A DNA stretch of 64,000 nucleotides from a virus: the IMG/VR virus record IMGVR_UViG_3300048606_000091. The stretch is one strand, 5' to 3'. Position 1 is the first letter of the stretch. The number at the start of each line of letters is the position of its first letter. Both the position numbers and the translations under genes were made by a program. Of this stretch, positions 43,980-52,621 are shown piece by piece. The notes under the pieces were generated by a model. That model made no database searches. It saw only the letters and a program-made list of their open reading frames with translations, and had not been told where the DNA came from.

Positions 43980-46169
43980 CTAGCCCGGAATCAACTCAGT
44001 TAGCCGATCCCCAGCGAAAACTTCCGAGCCTTCCGGCAGACCTTCCGGAGCCTCGCGGCCCACGAACGTCACCGGACCGTCCAGCTTCATGCCCGGGGTC
44101 CACAGCTCGGCCTTGGCTGCCACGCGGCTCCGCAGCGCCAGCAAGTACTCCATGTTCAGGTACCGCCGACCCACGATGCCCTGAGCGAGCAAGCCCGTAG
44201 ACAGCCGGTTGCCTTCCACTCGGTTGAAGCCGGTCTGGCCCTGCAGGTACAGGTGCGTCCACACCGCCGACCAGGTGCCATCGTCGTTGCGCGCGAACAC
44301 GATCGGCAGTGCGACCTGACCCGTGCCGCGCATCTCCGAGCGAGTGCGAACCGTCCGAGCTTCGAACGGCATGCCCCGCTGCTCCTCGTTGCGCAGCATC
44401 CATCCGAACATCGACTCCGCTACCTCTTCGAAGCTCTCACCGCAGTAGATGTTGACCTGCGGCACCAGGTAGTGCACTTCCGGACGAACCATGTCCAGTC
44501 GGACGTCGATGAACTCCGTCGCCCCATTCGGCGACGCAACGATGTCACCGGAATAGAACACTCCCTCGTCTGAGTAGTTGGTCCAGGACACGAACCCAGC
44601 GTGGCTGAAGTCCTCACCCAACATCAGCAGAGACAAGTCATAGTCGGTCCGACGTGCCTCCTCCCGCCAGTAGGTGAAGAAACGCAGCGAGTCCCCCGGC
44701 TCCGCCACGATGTGCGAGCGCGAGCCGCGTGGCAGCACCTCGAAGCCGGCCGCCGACGCCTTGCCCGAGAGCGGCAGCGCCATGTCGAGCACAGCGGGAT
44801 CCACCACCAGGTGCGACGACACCGGCATGCGGTCGATCAGCTCACCGTCGATCGCATCCGCCAGACGGGAGACCGGGCCCATCTGCAACGGCGCCCGCTC
44901 GTCCGGGGTCACCCAGGCTCGCTTGGTGCGGCCCACGAACACCCGAGCAGCATCCGGGGTGAACCGGTTCATCAGGTGCTCGCGCAGCGAGAGCAGCACC
45001 CGACCCGAGGCAGACTTCATCGCCACCGTAGCCAGCGTGACGATCTCCTCCTGCTGGGCACCCGTCGCACCACGGAGCATGCGGTCCAGAGCGCGCAGGA
45101 ACGCACCCGGAGCCGCTGACAGCACGCGGGCGGCTCGAACGTAGTCCTCCGCACGGAAGGCATCCTCGGCGCGCGATGCGATCGAGGGGAACCGCAGGTC
45201 GCCCCGGGCCACCCCAAACACCGCCGTCGCTCCGGAGTACTGCGGGTAGTCCGCCGGGTGCAACGCCTTGGACAACCGCTTCCACGGCTCGGCGTACCGA
45301 CGCACGTCACAGAGCTTGTTGTCATTGACCACGTTGTGCAGTGCACTCAGCAGCGCCCGACGCTCACGGCGCTTGAAGTTGATGAACCGGGTTGGCTCCA
45401 CCAGCGAGACGTCGCCATGGGACAGCGCCGCCGCCAGGCGCAGCACGTCGGTCACCGTGTCCACGGCCACCAATGGCGCACCCTGGTCCAGGCGAACCAT
45501 GTTGATCACCGCACGGTTCTCCCGGACCGGGATGGTCTCCGGCTGCGGGCCGTCCAGGCAATCAGCCGACAACAGCCCCAGCAGCTCCAGGTCGGACTCT
45601 CCCAGCGGCGTGGTGGAGCCAGCCAGCTGGAAGTACAGAGCCCGAGTCTCCTGCTCGAACGTGCCGCCCAGCTGCAACAGAGTGATCCGGTCCTTGCGGG
45701 ACTCGATCAGCTCGTCGTGCACAGCCAGCAGGTCCGCGAACGAGTGCTGGTAGCGGCCATACCGTGGCAGCGACAGAAGATCAAAACTAGTACCGGTCAC
45801 GATCTGACGCAGCGCCTCGTCCAGCTCAGCGTTCTCCAACAGAGGCGAACCGACTGGCACCAAGGCAGCGCGCATCGACTCCACCCAGAAGCCCATCGTG
45901 TCCGGCACACCCTCGGGGAACCGGATGAAGTAGCTGTTGTGCTGGACGTGGTCTCCGACCAGCTGGCGCACCGCCACGACGGTGCTCACGGCCAGGTCCA
46001 TCGCATCGCCCGGGTTCAGCTCGGCAACGTGGGATAGCAGGTTGGCCGAAGCGGAGAACCCCACCGAGAGCAGCACGGCGTCCAGCTGCCGCGCGACCGC
46101 CGAGCCGTCACCAGCCGCACCGAAGCTGCGTGGCACGCGGTGTGTCTTCTGCACGATTGTGGTGAACAT
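43980..46169 (-). CDS. large stress-associated protein with C-terminal TerD-like domain
   Basis: HNSYFIRFPEGVPDT; C-terminal DYDLSLLM..YSGDIVASPNGATEFIDV typical of TerD; GGGAG RBS before ATG 46169. Confidence 0.7.
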   Translation of the reverse strand: MFTTIVQKTHRVPRSFGAAGDGSAVARQLDAVLLSVGFSASANLLSHVAELNPGDAMDLAVSTVVAVRQLVGDHVQHNSYFIRFPEGVPDTMGFWVESMRAALVPVGSPLLENAELDEALRQIVTGTSFDLLSLPRYGRYQHSFADLLAVHDELIESRKDRITLLQLGGTFEQETRALYFQLAGSTTPLGESDLELLGLLSADCLDGPQPETIPVRENRAVINMVRLDQGAPLVAVDTVTDVLRLAAALSHGDVSLVEPTRFINFKRRERRALLSALHNVVNDNKLCDVRRYAEPWKRLSKALHPADYPQYSGATAVFGVARGDLRFPSIASRAEDAFRAEDYVRAARVLSAAPGAFLRALDRMLRGATGAQQEEIVTLATVAMKSASGRVLLSLREHLMNRFTPDAARVFVGRTKRAWVTPDERAPLQMGPVSRLADAIDGELIDRMPVSSHLVVDPAVLDMALPLSGKASAAGFEVLPRGSRSHIVAEPGDSLRFFTYWREEARRTDYDLSLLMLGEDFSHAGFVSWTNYSDEGVFYSGDIVASPNGATEFIDVRLDMVRPEVHYLVPQVNIYCGESFEEVAESMFGWMLRNEEQRGMPFEARTVRTRSEMRGTGQVALPIVFARNDDGTWSAVWTHLYLQGQTGFNRVEGNRLSTGLLAQGIVGRRYLNMEYLLALRSRVAAKAELWTPGMKLDGPVTFVGREAPEGLPEGSEVFAGDRLTELIPG

Positions 46170-46260
46170 AGCAACTCCCAGCGTTCGTCTGTGGGCATAG
46201 CAACGGAAGAGAAGATCTTGTGCAACCGAGTTACGAGGGCGGGGTAGTTGTCCTACCCAA

Positions 46261-46419
46261 CTAACGATCACCCAACAACGAATCCAGGATGGCAGCGGCG
46301 GTCTCGCTTGCTTCTCGTCGCTGCCTGCGGGTCTGGCGATTCGGGTCCCGAGGACGGGTCAGCCACCACAACAACGCGAACACGGCCAGCGCCGACACGA
46401 TCCATAACAAGCCGGCCAT
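46261..46419 (-). CDS. small membrane protein
   Basis: GAGGAG RBS, TM helix, basic tail. Confidence 0.65.
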   Translation of the reverse strand: MAGLLWIVSALAVFALLWWLTRPRDPNRQTRRQRREASETAAAILDSLLGDR

Positions 46420-46697
46420 CACCGACCACTCCTCTCGCACTTGTTGTAGCAACCGGCGTGACGGGGCATGCGCGGCAGCGAGGCCACCAGCGCCCAGCCG
46501 GCCTCGGTCAGCTGACGGTCCGGGCCGCTGCCGTCCTCGCGCTCCGGGTTGGCAAAGCCGCGACGGACCAGACAGCGGTTGATCTGAATCGCGTGAGAAT
46601 GCGGGACCGGGACACACGGGTCGGTGCCCAAGTCCACCTCACGCAGGAAGCGCAGGTAGTCCAGTTCGAACTTGGTGGGGTTTCCGGTGTTCGTCAT
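46419..46697 (-). CDS. hypothetical protein, leaderless MTNT class
   Basis: TTGCTT-N17-TACAGT-N6-ATGACGAAC. Confidence 0.7.
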   Translation of the reverse strand: MTNTGNPTKFELDYLRFLREVDLGTDPCVPVPHSHAIQINRCLVRRGFANPEREDGSGPDRQLTEAGWALVASLPRMPRHAGCYNKCERSGR

Positions 46698-46900
46698 ACA
46701 AGAACTGTAACACAGGTCAGCAAGGCAAGCAAGTCAAAGTTTCACGGATCGGATACGCATCTGGCTGCACGCGTCCTTCGCCCGGATCTCGGAGAACTTC
46801 CTCTCGATCAGACTCCGTCTCTCGGGGCCAGCCACCTTGGACCACGGCGACCCCTGGCAACGGCTCTCTAGCACCCACCGATCAGCTATCATGACTCTCC

Positions 46901-47179
46901 TTAGAAGGTGTTGGTCTGGGTGTTGTTGTCACCGATCTGGATTCCTCGGCGAGCCTCGCGGGAGTCCGCCTGGTTCACCCCGTGCGCCGCGTGGTGATGC
47001 CCGGACGGGAAGGCCGTCAGCGCGTAGCAGCCTGGGCAGAGGTGCACCAGCATCCTTCCCTCCGCGCGGGGCGGGCCGGTGTAGGGCACGGGGTTGGGCT
47101 GAATCAAGAACCCGATGAACGGATAGACCGTGCCATCGGCTAGTCGGATGTCCAGTGTCTCGTCAGCAGAAGCGCTCAT
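46901..47179 (-). CDS. hypothetical protein with HLCPGC motif
   Basis: GGAG RBS; ORF track. Confidence 0.65.
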   Translation of the reverse strand: MSASADETLDIRLADGTVYPFIGFLIQPNPVPYTGPPRAEGRMLVHLCPGCYALTAFPSGHHHAAHGVNQADSREARRGIQIGDNNTQTNTF

Positions 47180-47199
47180 GTCTTACTCCAAAGATAGAA

Positions 47200-47228
47200 G
47201 TGGTCCTGGGTGTCATACCCAGGACCAC
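47200..47228 (-). terminator. intrinsic terminator
   Basis: 12-bp inverted repeat GTGGTCCTGGGT/ACCCAGGACCAC followed by TTCTATCTTT. Confidence 0.75.
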
Positions 47229-47236
47229 CAGAACGG

Positions 47237-47644
47237 TCAGGCGGTTACTGGCACCAGCTCGGGGTCATGTCCGGAGCGGCCACGACTGTCGTCGATGCGG
47301 AAGGCGACCCCACGGATGACCACCAGATCGCCCTCGGACAGCTCCTGCAGCCCGGGGTTATCCCCCGCGAAGCGACGGGCGGAGATGCACACGGAGTCCG
47401 GGATGAGAGCGGCATACGGACCAGGCAGGACCGGGCCATTCTGCACGCGACGGCAGGCGCCCTCCGGGCCGACGTACAGAATCGACCAGGTGAGCACGTG
47501 CCCCTGGTGCCGGCCGTAGAGACGGATCTTGGTGACGTCATCCCTGAAGCTGGGAGTGCCCCAGCTGTCCGGGCCGTAGCTGGAACGAGCCTCTACCTCG
47601 GCGATGTGGACTCGGGCGATGCGGGTGGTCTGTGTGTTCGTCAT
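47237..47644 (-). CDS. hypothetical protein, leaderless MTNT class
   Basis: TTGACT-N18-TACTGT-N6-ATGACGAAC. Confidence 0.75.
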   Translation of the reverse strand: MTNTQTTRIARVHIAEVEARSSYGPDSWGTPSFRDDVTKIRLYGRHQGHVLTWSILYVGPEGACRRVQNGPVLPGPYAALIPDSVCISARRFAGDNPGLQELSEGDLVVIRGVAFRIDDSRGRSGHDPELVPVTA

Positions 47645-47689
47645 GCAAGTACAGTAGCATGGCTAAGGCAAGCAAGTCAACAAATAAAA

Positions 47690-47723
47690 GTGGGCTCCCA
47701 GATCCGAAGACCTAGGAGCCCAC
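47690..47723 (-). terminator. intrinsic terminator after sigma-like gene
   Basis: GTGGGCTCC/GGAGCCCAC stem followed by TTTTATTTG. Confidence 0.75.
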
Positions 47724-47743
47724 CGTGTCGGGGAACGGTCAGA

Positions 47744-48511
47744 TCAATCCAGCATCCCGGCAGCCTGGAGAGACCTCAATGCGGTCCGTACCTTCTCCAG
47801 CCCGCTCTTGGCCGCGCCGTGGGACAAGCCCAGATCCCTGCGCAGCTCGCTCAGCTTGATCGGTTGGCTGTCCCGAGCCAGCTCCAGCACCACATCCACC
47901 AGCCGGTCGTCCTTGACCTCGCGGCGCAGCCGGGCGGCCAGGTCGTTGAACTCCGCCGAGACGGTGTCCGCGTCCACCACCGGAGCCTTGACCTCGCCCC
48001 ACTCCTTGCCGTCATCCCCAACCGGTGCGTTGAAGATCAGGCACTGGCGCTTGCGCATCCTGGTGTAGTTGCGTCGCTGGCTGATCACGTAGGTCAGGAT
48101 GAACCGCGAGTAGTAGCTCCGGAAGTTGGACTTCCCGGTGTTGGACTGCGAACCCCACTCCGGGGTGAACACGCCCAGCGAGTCACGCTCCGCGAACCGA
48201 GCCATGATCGTCTGTACGATGTCTTCGATCTCATCCCACGCACCGAAGTGACGCACCCGGTTCTCGGTGTAGCTCAGGTACTGCCGCGCCCAGGTGTCGT
48301 AGTCCGGTGGGCAGTTCACCCAGTCGGACATGCCCGACCACTCGGTGACGATCGGCAGCCGATCCTCGGGCAACACAACGTGCCCGGTCTTGCGGCCGAG
48401 CACATCCTCGGCCGCCGCGTGGTCTTCCTTCCACCCCACTCGCAGCGCTTCGTCGGTCACGGTGACCGGGGCCATCTTGGACTGCACAACCCTCGGGGTT
48501 GGTGCGCTCAT
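47744..48511 (-). CDS. RNA polymerase sigma-factor-like protein
   Basis: region-2-like EIEDIVQTIM...FRSYY...YVISQRR; C-terminal HTH LSELRRDLGLSHGAAKSGLEKVR. Confidence 0.65.
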   Translation of the reverse strand: MSAPTPRVVQSKMAPVTVTDEALRVGWKEDHAAAEDVLGRKTGHVVLPEDRLPIVTEWSGMSDWVNCPPDYDTWARQYLSYTENRVRHFGAWDEIEDIVQTIMARFAERDSLGVFTPEWGSQSNTGKSNFRSYYSRFILTYVISQRRNYTRMRKRQCLIFNAPVGDDGKEWGEVKAPVVDADTVSAEFNDLAARLRREVKDDRLVDVVLELARDSQPIKLSELRRDLGLSHGAAKSGLEKVRTALRSLQAAGMLD

Positions 48512-48639
48512 CCGATTCTCCTGTGATTAGGGTCAGTGATCCCTACTGACCTGCGGTTAGCGAGATGATCCCTCTCCCGCTTGCCTTGCCAGACTAGCAT
48601 GTACTTGACTAACAAGCAACAACTTTGCTGACCTTTTGG

Positions 48640-48969
48640 CTACAGAGGTGTCGGTACTTCCCAGCACTCAACCGTGACAGGTCCAGCGGTGCGGGGATCC
48701 GCAGCCCCAGCTGCAGCACGTCGCTCCGACCTCTTCGGCGGGGCAACCCTAGCGCTGGGCTCCGACACTTTCGGGACCGCCACGCGCGGCGCGCGAGCAA
48801 CGGGGGCCGGCTTGCGCTCAGCGAGCGCCCGCTGATACGCGGCGCCCGGGTCCAGCAGATCCTCACCAGCTTGATACCGCTCGGCGTACCGGGGGCACCG
48901 CCCGATGTGGGCCACAACAGCCTTCAGCGAGCCCTCGAAGTCACAACCGACACAGATCCCGTATGACAT
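48640..48969 (-). CDS. zinc-finger protein (CxxC...HxxxC)
   Basis: CVGC..HIGRC; start set to ATG 48969. Confidence 0.6.
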   Translation of the reverse strand: MSYGICVGCDFEGSLKAVVAHIGRCPRYAERYQAGEDLLDPGAAYQRALAERKPAPVARAPRVAVPKVSEPSARVAPPKRSERRAAAGAADPRTAGPVTVECWEVPTPL

Positions 48970-49084
48970 GAAGATCCTTAACTCTTCGCATTCCCCGCCT
49001 GAGCGTCTTCGAACGACAGCGGCGGGGGAGTCCCTACTACCCACGGGGGGCTCAACTGTACAGCCCCCCTGCACGATTGGGAAA

Positions 49085-49402
49085 TCAGACCCAAACCAAC
49101 CAGGGGTGACCGAGCTTCTGGGCCTCATCACAGAGGTCCAGCACGTCCTGGAACCGACCCGGGAGGTAGTGCACGCCGCGATACTCGCGGTCATACCTGT
49201 CAGGCTTGTAATCCATCATCGCTTCTTCAGCGGCAACGCGCGCAACAGCAACATGCACCTGCCCACCGTCGCCACCCCAGTCATTCGGGAGCAGGCCGAG
49301 CCAGCGCAGCAGACCACCGTTGTTCGTGCCGGACAGGTTGAACCCGTTGTCCTCGATACACGAACCCTTGACGCCGTCCCACGATCCCCAAGTGAAGCTC
49401 AT
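49085..49402 (-). CDS. hypothetical protein, probably leaderless
   Basis: TTGCTT-N18-TAGGAT-N7-ATG. Confidence 0.7.
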   Translation of the reverse strand: MSFTWGSWDGVKGSCIEDNGFNLSGTNNGGLLRWLGLLPNDWGGDGGQVHVAVARVAAEEAMMDYKPDRYDREYRGVHYLPGRFQDVLDLCDEAQKLGHPWLVWV

Positions 49403-49440
49403 GTCAACAATCCTAGCATGAAGTCAGCAAGGCAAGCAAG

Positions 49441-50334
49441 TCACATATTCGAGGGCCACGGGATGAGTTCCCAGAGTGTGTCCCACAGACCCGGCACCCA
49501 GCCCACCACGAACAGCCCGAACAGGATCCACGAGCAGAGCCGGAACCGGCGCTCCACCGGTGAATCCTTCCCTGTCTTGGTGAGTCGTTCCTTCGGTCGT
49601 ATGTGCACTGGGTAGTACCGCTGGCCTTTGATCTTCAACGGTGCCCAGAACGGTACGCCCGCGAGGGTGGCCGCATCGCCTAAATCGTGTGTCACCATCC
49701 CAGTGAACACAGCTAGCCCGACCCCTGTGCCAAGCGCGATGCCCACCAGCGACCAGTCCACCGTCGCCGGCAGCGGGACCCACAGCGACAGCGTCACGAC
49801 CAGCAGCGGGCACACCAGCACCCGTGCCCATTCCAACCGTCTCCGCGTCTGGCGTCTGATCAGGTCGATCTTGATGATCAGCTTGATGCTCATCCACATC
49901 AGCCAGGCGAGCAGCACGCCGACCACGAAGCCGGGACGGTCCACCGTCACCCACCACACTCCCGAGCCCAACGCTCCGGCGATGAGCACCGCCGTCACGC
50001 ACCAGTGCGTCAGCCCGCGATGCCCTCTGAAATCGCCGGCCTTGCGATCGGCGTCGGTGGCGATGAGATCAAAAACGTAGCAGGACAGATCGTGCACGAA
50101 CGTCGACAGCACCTCGGTGATCAGCCCACCCGAGCGCGCGGCGGTCGCACTCTCATGATCGAGGTCGGGCCACCACGCGGCGTTGCCGGCCAGCTGGGTC
50201 AGCAGCACCGAGGCCACCACCGAGGCCGCCACGAGCAGCGCCGGGGGCGGGGCCGGCAGCACGACCAGCCGCAGCGCCCAGGCCACGCCGGCACCCGCCG
50301 CGATGCCCATCCGGTGGTGCGTGTTACCCATCAT
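49441..50334 (-). CDS. membrane-bound metal-dependent hydrolase (YdjM/DUF457-like)
   Basis: MGNTH, PDLDH, HRGLTH, HDLGD...GVP motifs; multiple TM segments. Confidence 0.85.
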   Translation of the reverse strand: MMGNTHHRMGIAAGAGVAWALRLVVLPAPPPALLVAASVVASVLLTQLAGNAAWWPDLDHESATAARSGGLITEVLSTFVHDLSCYVFDLIATDADRKAGDFRGHRGLTHWCVTAVLIAGALGSGVWWVTVDRPGFVVGVLLAWLMWMSIKLIIKIDLIRRQTRRRLEWARVLVCPLLVVTLSLWVPLPATVDWSLVGIALGTGVGLAVFTGMVTHDLGDAATLAGVPFWAPLKIKGQRYYPVHIRPKERLTKTGKDSPVERRFRLCSWILFGLFVVGWVPGLWDTLWELIPWPSNM

Positions 50335-50411
50335 ATATACGTCATACCCGTAACGTTATATGCGTGCGCATATGCGATTTCGGCGCAACGGCTCAGCCAG
50401 CATGTCACGCT

Positions 50412-50523
50412 GTGATACCGGACAGTCCGAAAGGGGTCTGGGGATAGTCATGAAAGACCAGGAGACAGCGGAGGACTCCGGTGGATACCAAATGGATACC
50501 CACCGGAGTCCTGTCCGGATACC
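50412..50523. repeat. imperfect 8-bp repeats (YGGATACC) plus inverted repeat downstream of the TraB-like gene
   Basis: TGGATACC at 50482 and 50493, CGGATACC at 50516, GTGATACC at 50412; GGACTCCGGTG/CACCGGAGTCC 50473-50511. Confidence 0.5.
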
Positions 50524-50557
50524 TTCGATTGTCACGCAGCGCAATTAGCGAGTCTCA

Positions 50558-52609
50558 CTACGCATCCCGGCGATCCGAGTACTCGGGAAGGAAGTACAGA
50601 CCGCCACGGCCCTCCGGCTGCACGACCCGACCCTGCTCCAGCCAACCCGGAACGAGATCGTGGAACCAGCTCTTCTTGCGCTCCGCCGCTTGCCATAGCT
50701 CCTGGGCTGATGCTCCCAGAGTCTTGCGGTTGGCCAGCACCAGGAACACCGCTTCCTCGCCTTCGGGCACCTCCTCCGGCACACGTCGGCGCGACGTAGT
50801 GATGCGCGCCTCCAGCTCGTCCTCGACGGACGGATCCCCGACGCGTTCCCGCTCCAGCACCTGACCCGTACTACCCTCGCGCAGATTCCGAACGATCCGG
50901 TTGAGGTCCGCCAACCGGAAGTCCGGACCGTCCAGGCGTAGCGGCGGAACCACCTGCTGACTGAAGTCCGCGACGGTCACGTTGCCGCCGTCCACCGGGG
51001 TCGGCTGGGGGGTGTCTCCGTTCACCGTGCCTCCTCCCTCGATGTCGTCACCGTATCGGGCCGCGCAGCGTGCCGCATAGCGCGGGGACACCGCCATGGC
51101 CGCGCGACGCGAGCCCTCGTCCAACGGAAGGCCAGGCGTCCGGATAGATAGCACCATCTCGATCATCTCATCTGTTACAAAGTAATAGCGCACTGGAAGT
51201 CCAGTCCACTTGTCTCGGTCTTGAATGAAGCACGTACCTGGTTGCGATGACTGAATTAGATGTGCGTCCACCTTACGGTTTGGCACAATGTAATTCTCAT
51301 GCGATGCAGACTCAGTACGGAAACAGATACGCTGGTTCAGCCGGTCACGGAACTGCGACGTAGCTGTCGCTTCCAACGTCGGGTTCTGGGTAGCACCGTT
51401 GATACTCATGCCCAGCGCACGACCAGTAGTAGCGATGCGCACCATGACCTCTTGGCAACGGCGCTGCGCCTTGCCATCGCGCCCGGAGGCCGCGCCCATC
51501 ACCCGGTGCAGCTCGTCCATCCAGACGAACAGCAGCGGCTGTGTCGGGGAGACCGGCCATGCCTTGCGGCCACACCGGGTGTTCTCCTCACCTCGGTAGG
51601 TCATGATGGCGTCCAGAGCTTCCACCAGCTCGGTTAGCTCTTCACCGTTGCACGCCAGGTTGTCCATGACCCGCTCCAGCGGAGCGATCTCCATGCCGTC
51701 CTTCATGTCGATACCCCACTGGGTACCGTCTGAACGGCACGCGATGTCCAACACGTGCAGGGTCAGGGCGCCGGACTTGCCGGAGCCCTGCGAGCCCGCG
51801 AACAGCTTGTTGACGACCGCGTTGATGTCACGGTCGTAGTACGGGATGGTGGCGACCTTCTTGTCCTCTTGCGGACCCACCGGGCATGGCACGTCCACCG
51901 ACAGGTCTCCGCCGTTGGCAGCCTGGGCCGGGCCAGGCCATTCGATCGCCTCAGTCAACGGGTCATCACAGAAGCTGACGTAGTCCACCCGGTCGGTCTG
52001 CCGGCCGTGCTTCATCAGACGCAGGGTGCCCTCGGGCAGCCCCATGGCGCCTTCCAGCTGCTCGCGCTTGTCCAGCACGTTCGCCACGGTCGTGGTGCCC
52101 CGGGGCCAGACCAGGAACCCGGACTCGTTGCCGTTGGCGTCCTTCTTGGTGATGTTCCGGCTGGTCATGCCCAGCCCGAAGTTCTTCGCAATCTCCTGCC
52201 AGCCGCGCAGGTCATCCTCCAGGTGCACCCGGTTGCGCATCAGCTTGGAGGACCACCAGCCCATGCCGAGCACGTGCACCCCGACCAGCCAGTAAAACCA
52301 CACCGTCGCGTAGTCCGGATACAGCGACTGGACCTGGAACAGCTGATACACCCAGCCGCACGCCGCGCCCAGGCACATCAGCGCGTAACCGATATGCAGC
52401 CACCCGTCCAGTCGAGTGAGGATCCACATCAGCGCCAGCAAGACAATGATGGCCAGGCAGACCTGCACCTGAGAAATCTCGCGGACCGGCCACGAAGCAT
52501 GACCGATCGCCAGCAGAGCGACGCCAGCATAGTAGGGACCCAGCCCTAAACGCTGTGCTTGTCGTCGCTCGAACCACGACATATCCTCACGTGCAAGCTG
52601 CCTGGTCAC
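50558..52609 (-). CDS. FtsK/SpoIIIE-family DNA translocase, TraB-like
   Basis: N-terminal TM segments, AGSQGSGKS Walker A, WMDELH Walker B, ATQNP, C-terminal wHTH-like region. Confidence 0.85.
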   Translation of the reverse strand: MTRQLAREDMSWFERRQAQRLGLGPYYAGVALLAIGHASWPVREISQVQVCLAIIVLLALMWILTRLDGWLHIGYALMCLGAACGWVYQLFQVQSLYPDYATVWFYWLVGVHVLGMGWWSSKLMRNRVHLEDDLRGWQEIAKNFGLGMTSRNITKKDANGNESGFLVWPRGTTTVANVLDKREQLEGAMGLPEGTLRLMKHGRQTDRVDYVSFCDDPLTEAIEWPGPAQAANGGDLSVDVPCPVGPQEDKKVATIPYYDRDINAVVNKLFAGSQGSGKSGALTLHVLDIACRSDGTQWGIDMKDGMEIAPLERVMDNLACNGEELTELVEALDAIMTYRGEENTRCGRKAWPVSPTQPLLFVWMDELHRVMGAASGRDGKAQRRCQEVMVRIATTGRALGMSINGATQNPTLEATATSQFRDRLNQRICFRTESASHENYIVPNRKVDAHLIQSSQPGTCFIQDRDKWTGLPVRYYFVTDEMIEMVLSIRTPGLPLDEGSRRAAMAVSPRYAARCAARYGDDIEGGGTVNGDTPQPTPVDGGNVTVADFSQQVVPPLRLDGPDFRLADLNRIVRNLREGSTGQVLERERVGDPSVEDELEARITTSRRRVPEEVPEGEEAVFLVLANRKTLGASAQELWQAAERKKSWFHDLVPGWLEQGRVVQPEGRGGLYFLPEYSDRRDA

Positions 52610-52621
52610 TGCAAACTCCTC

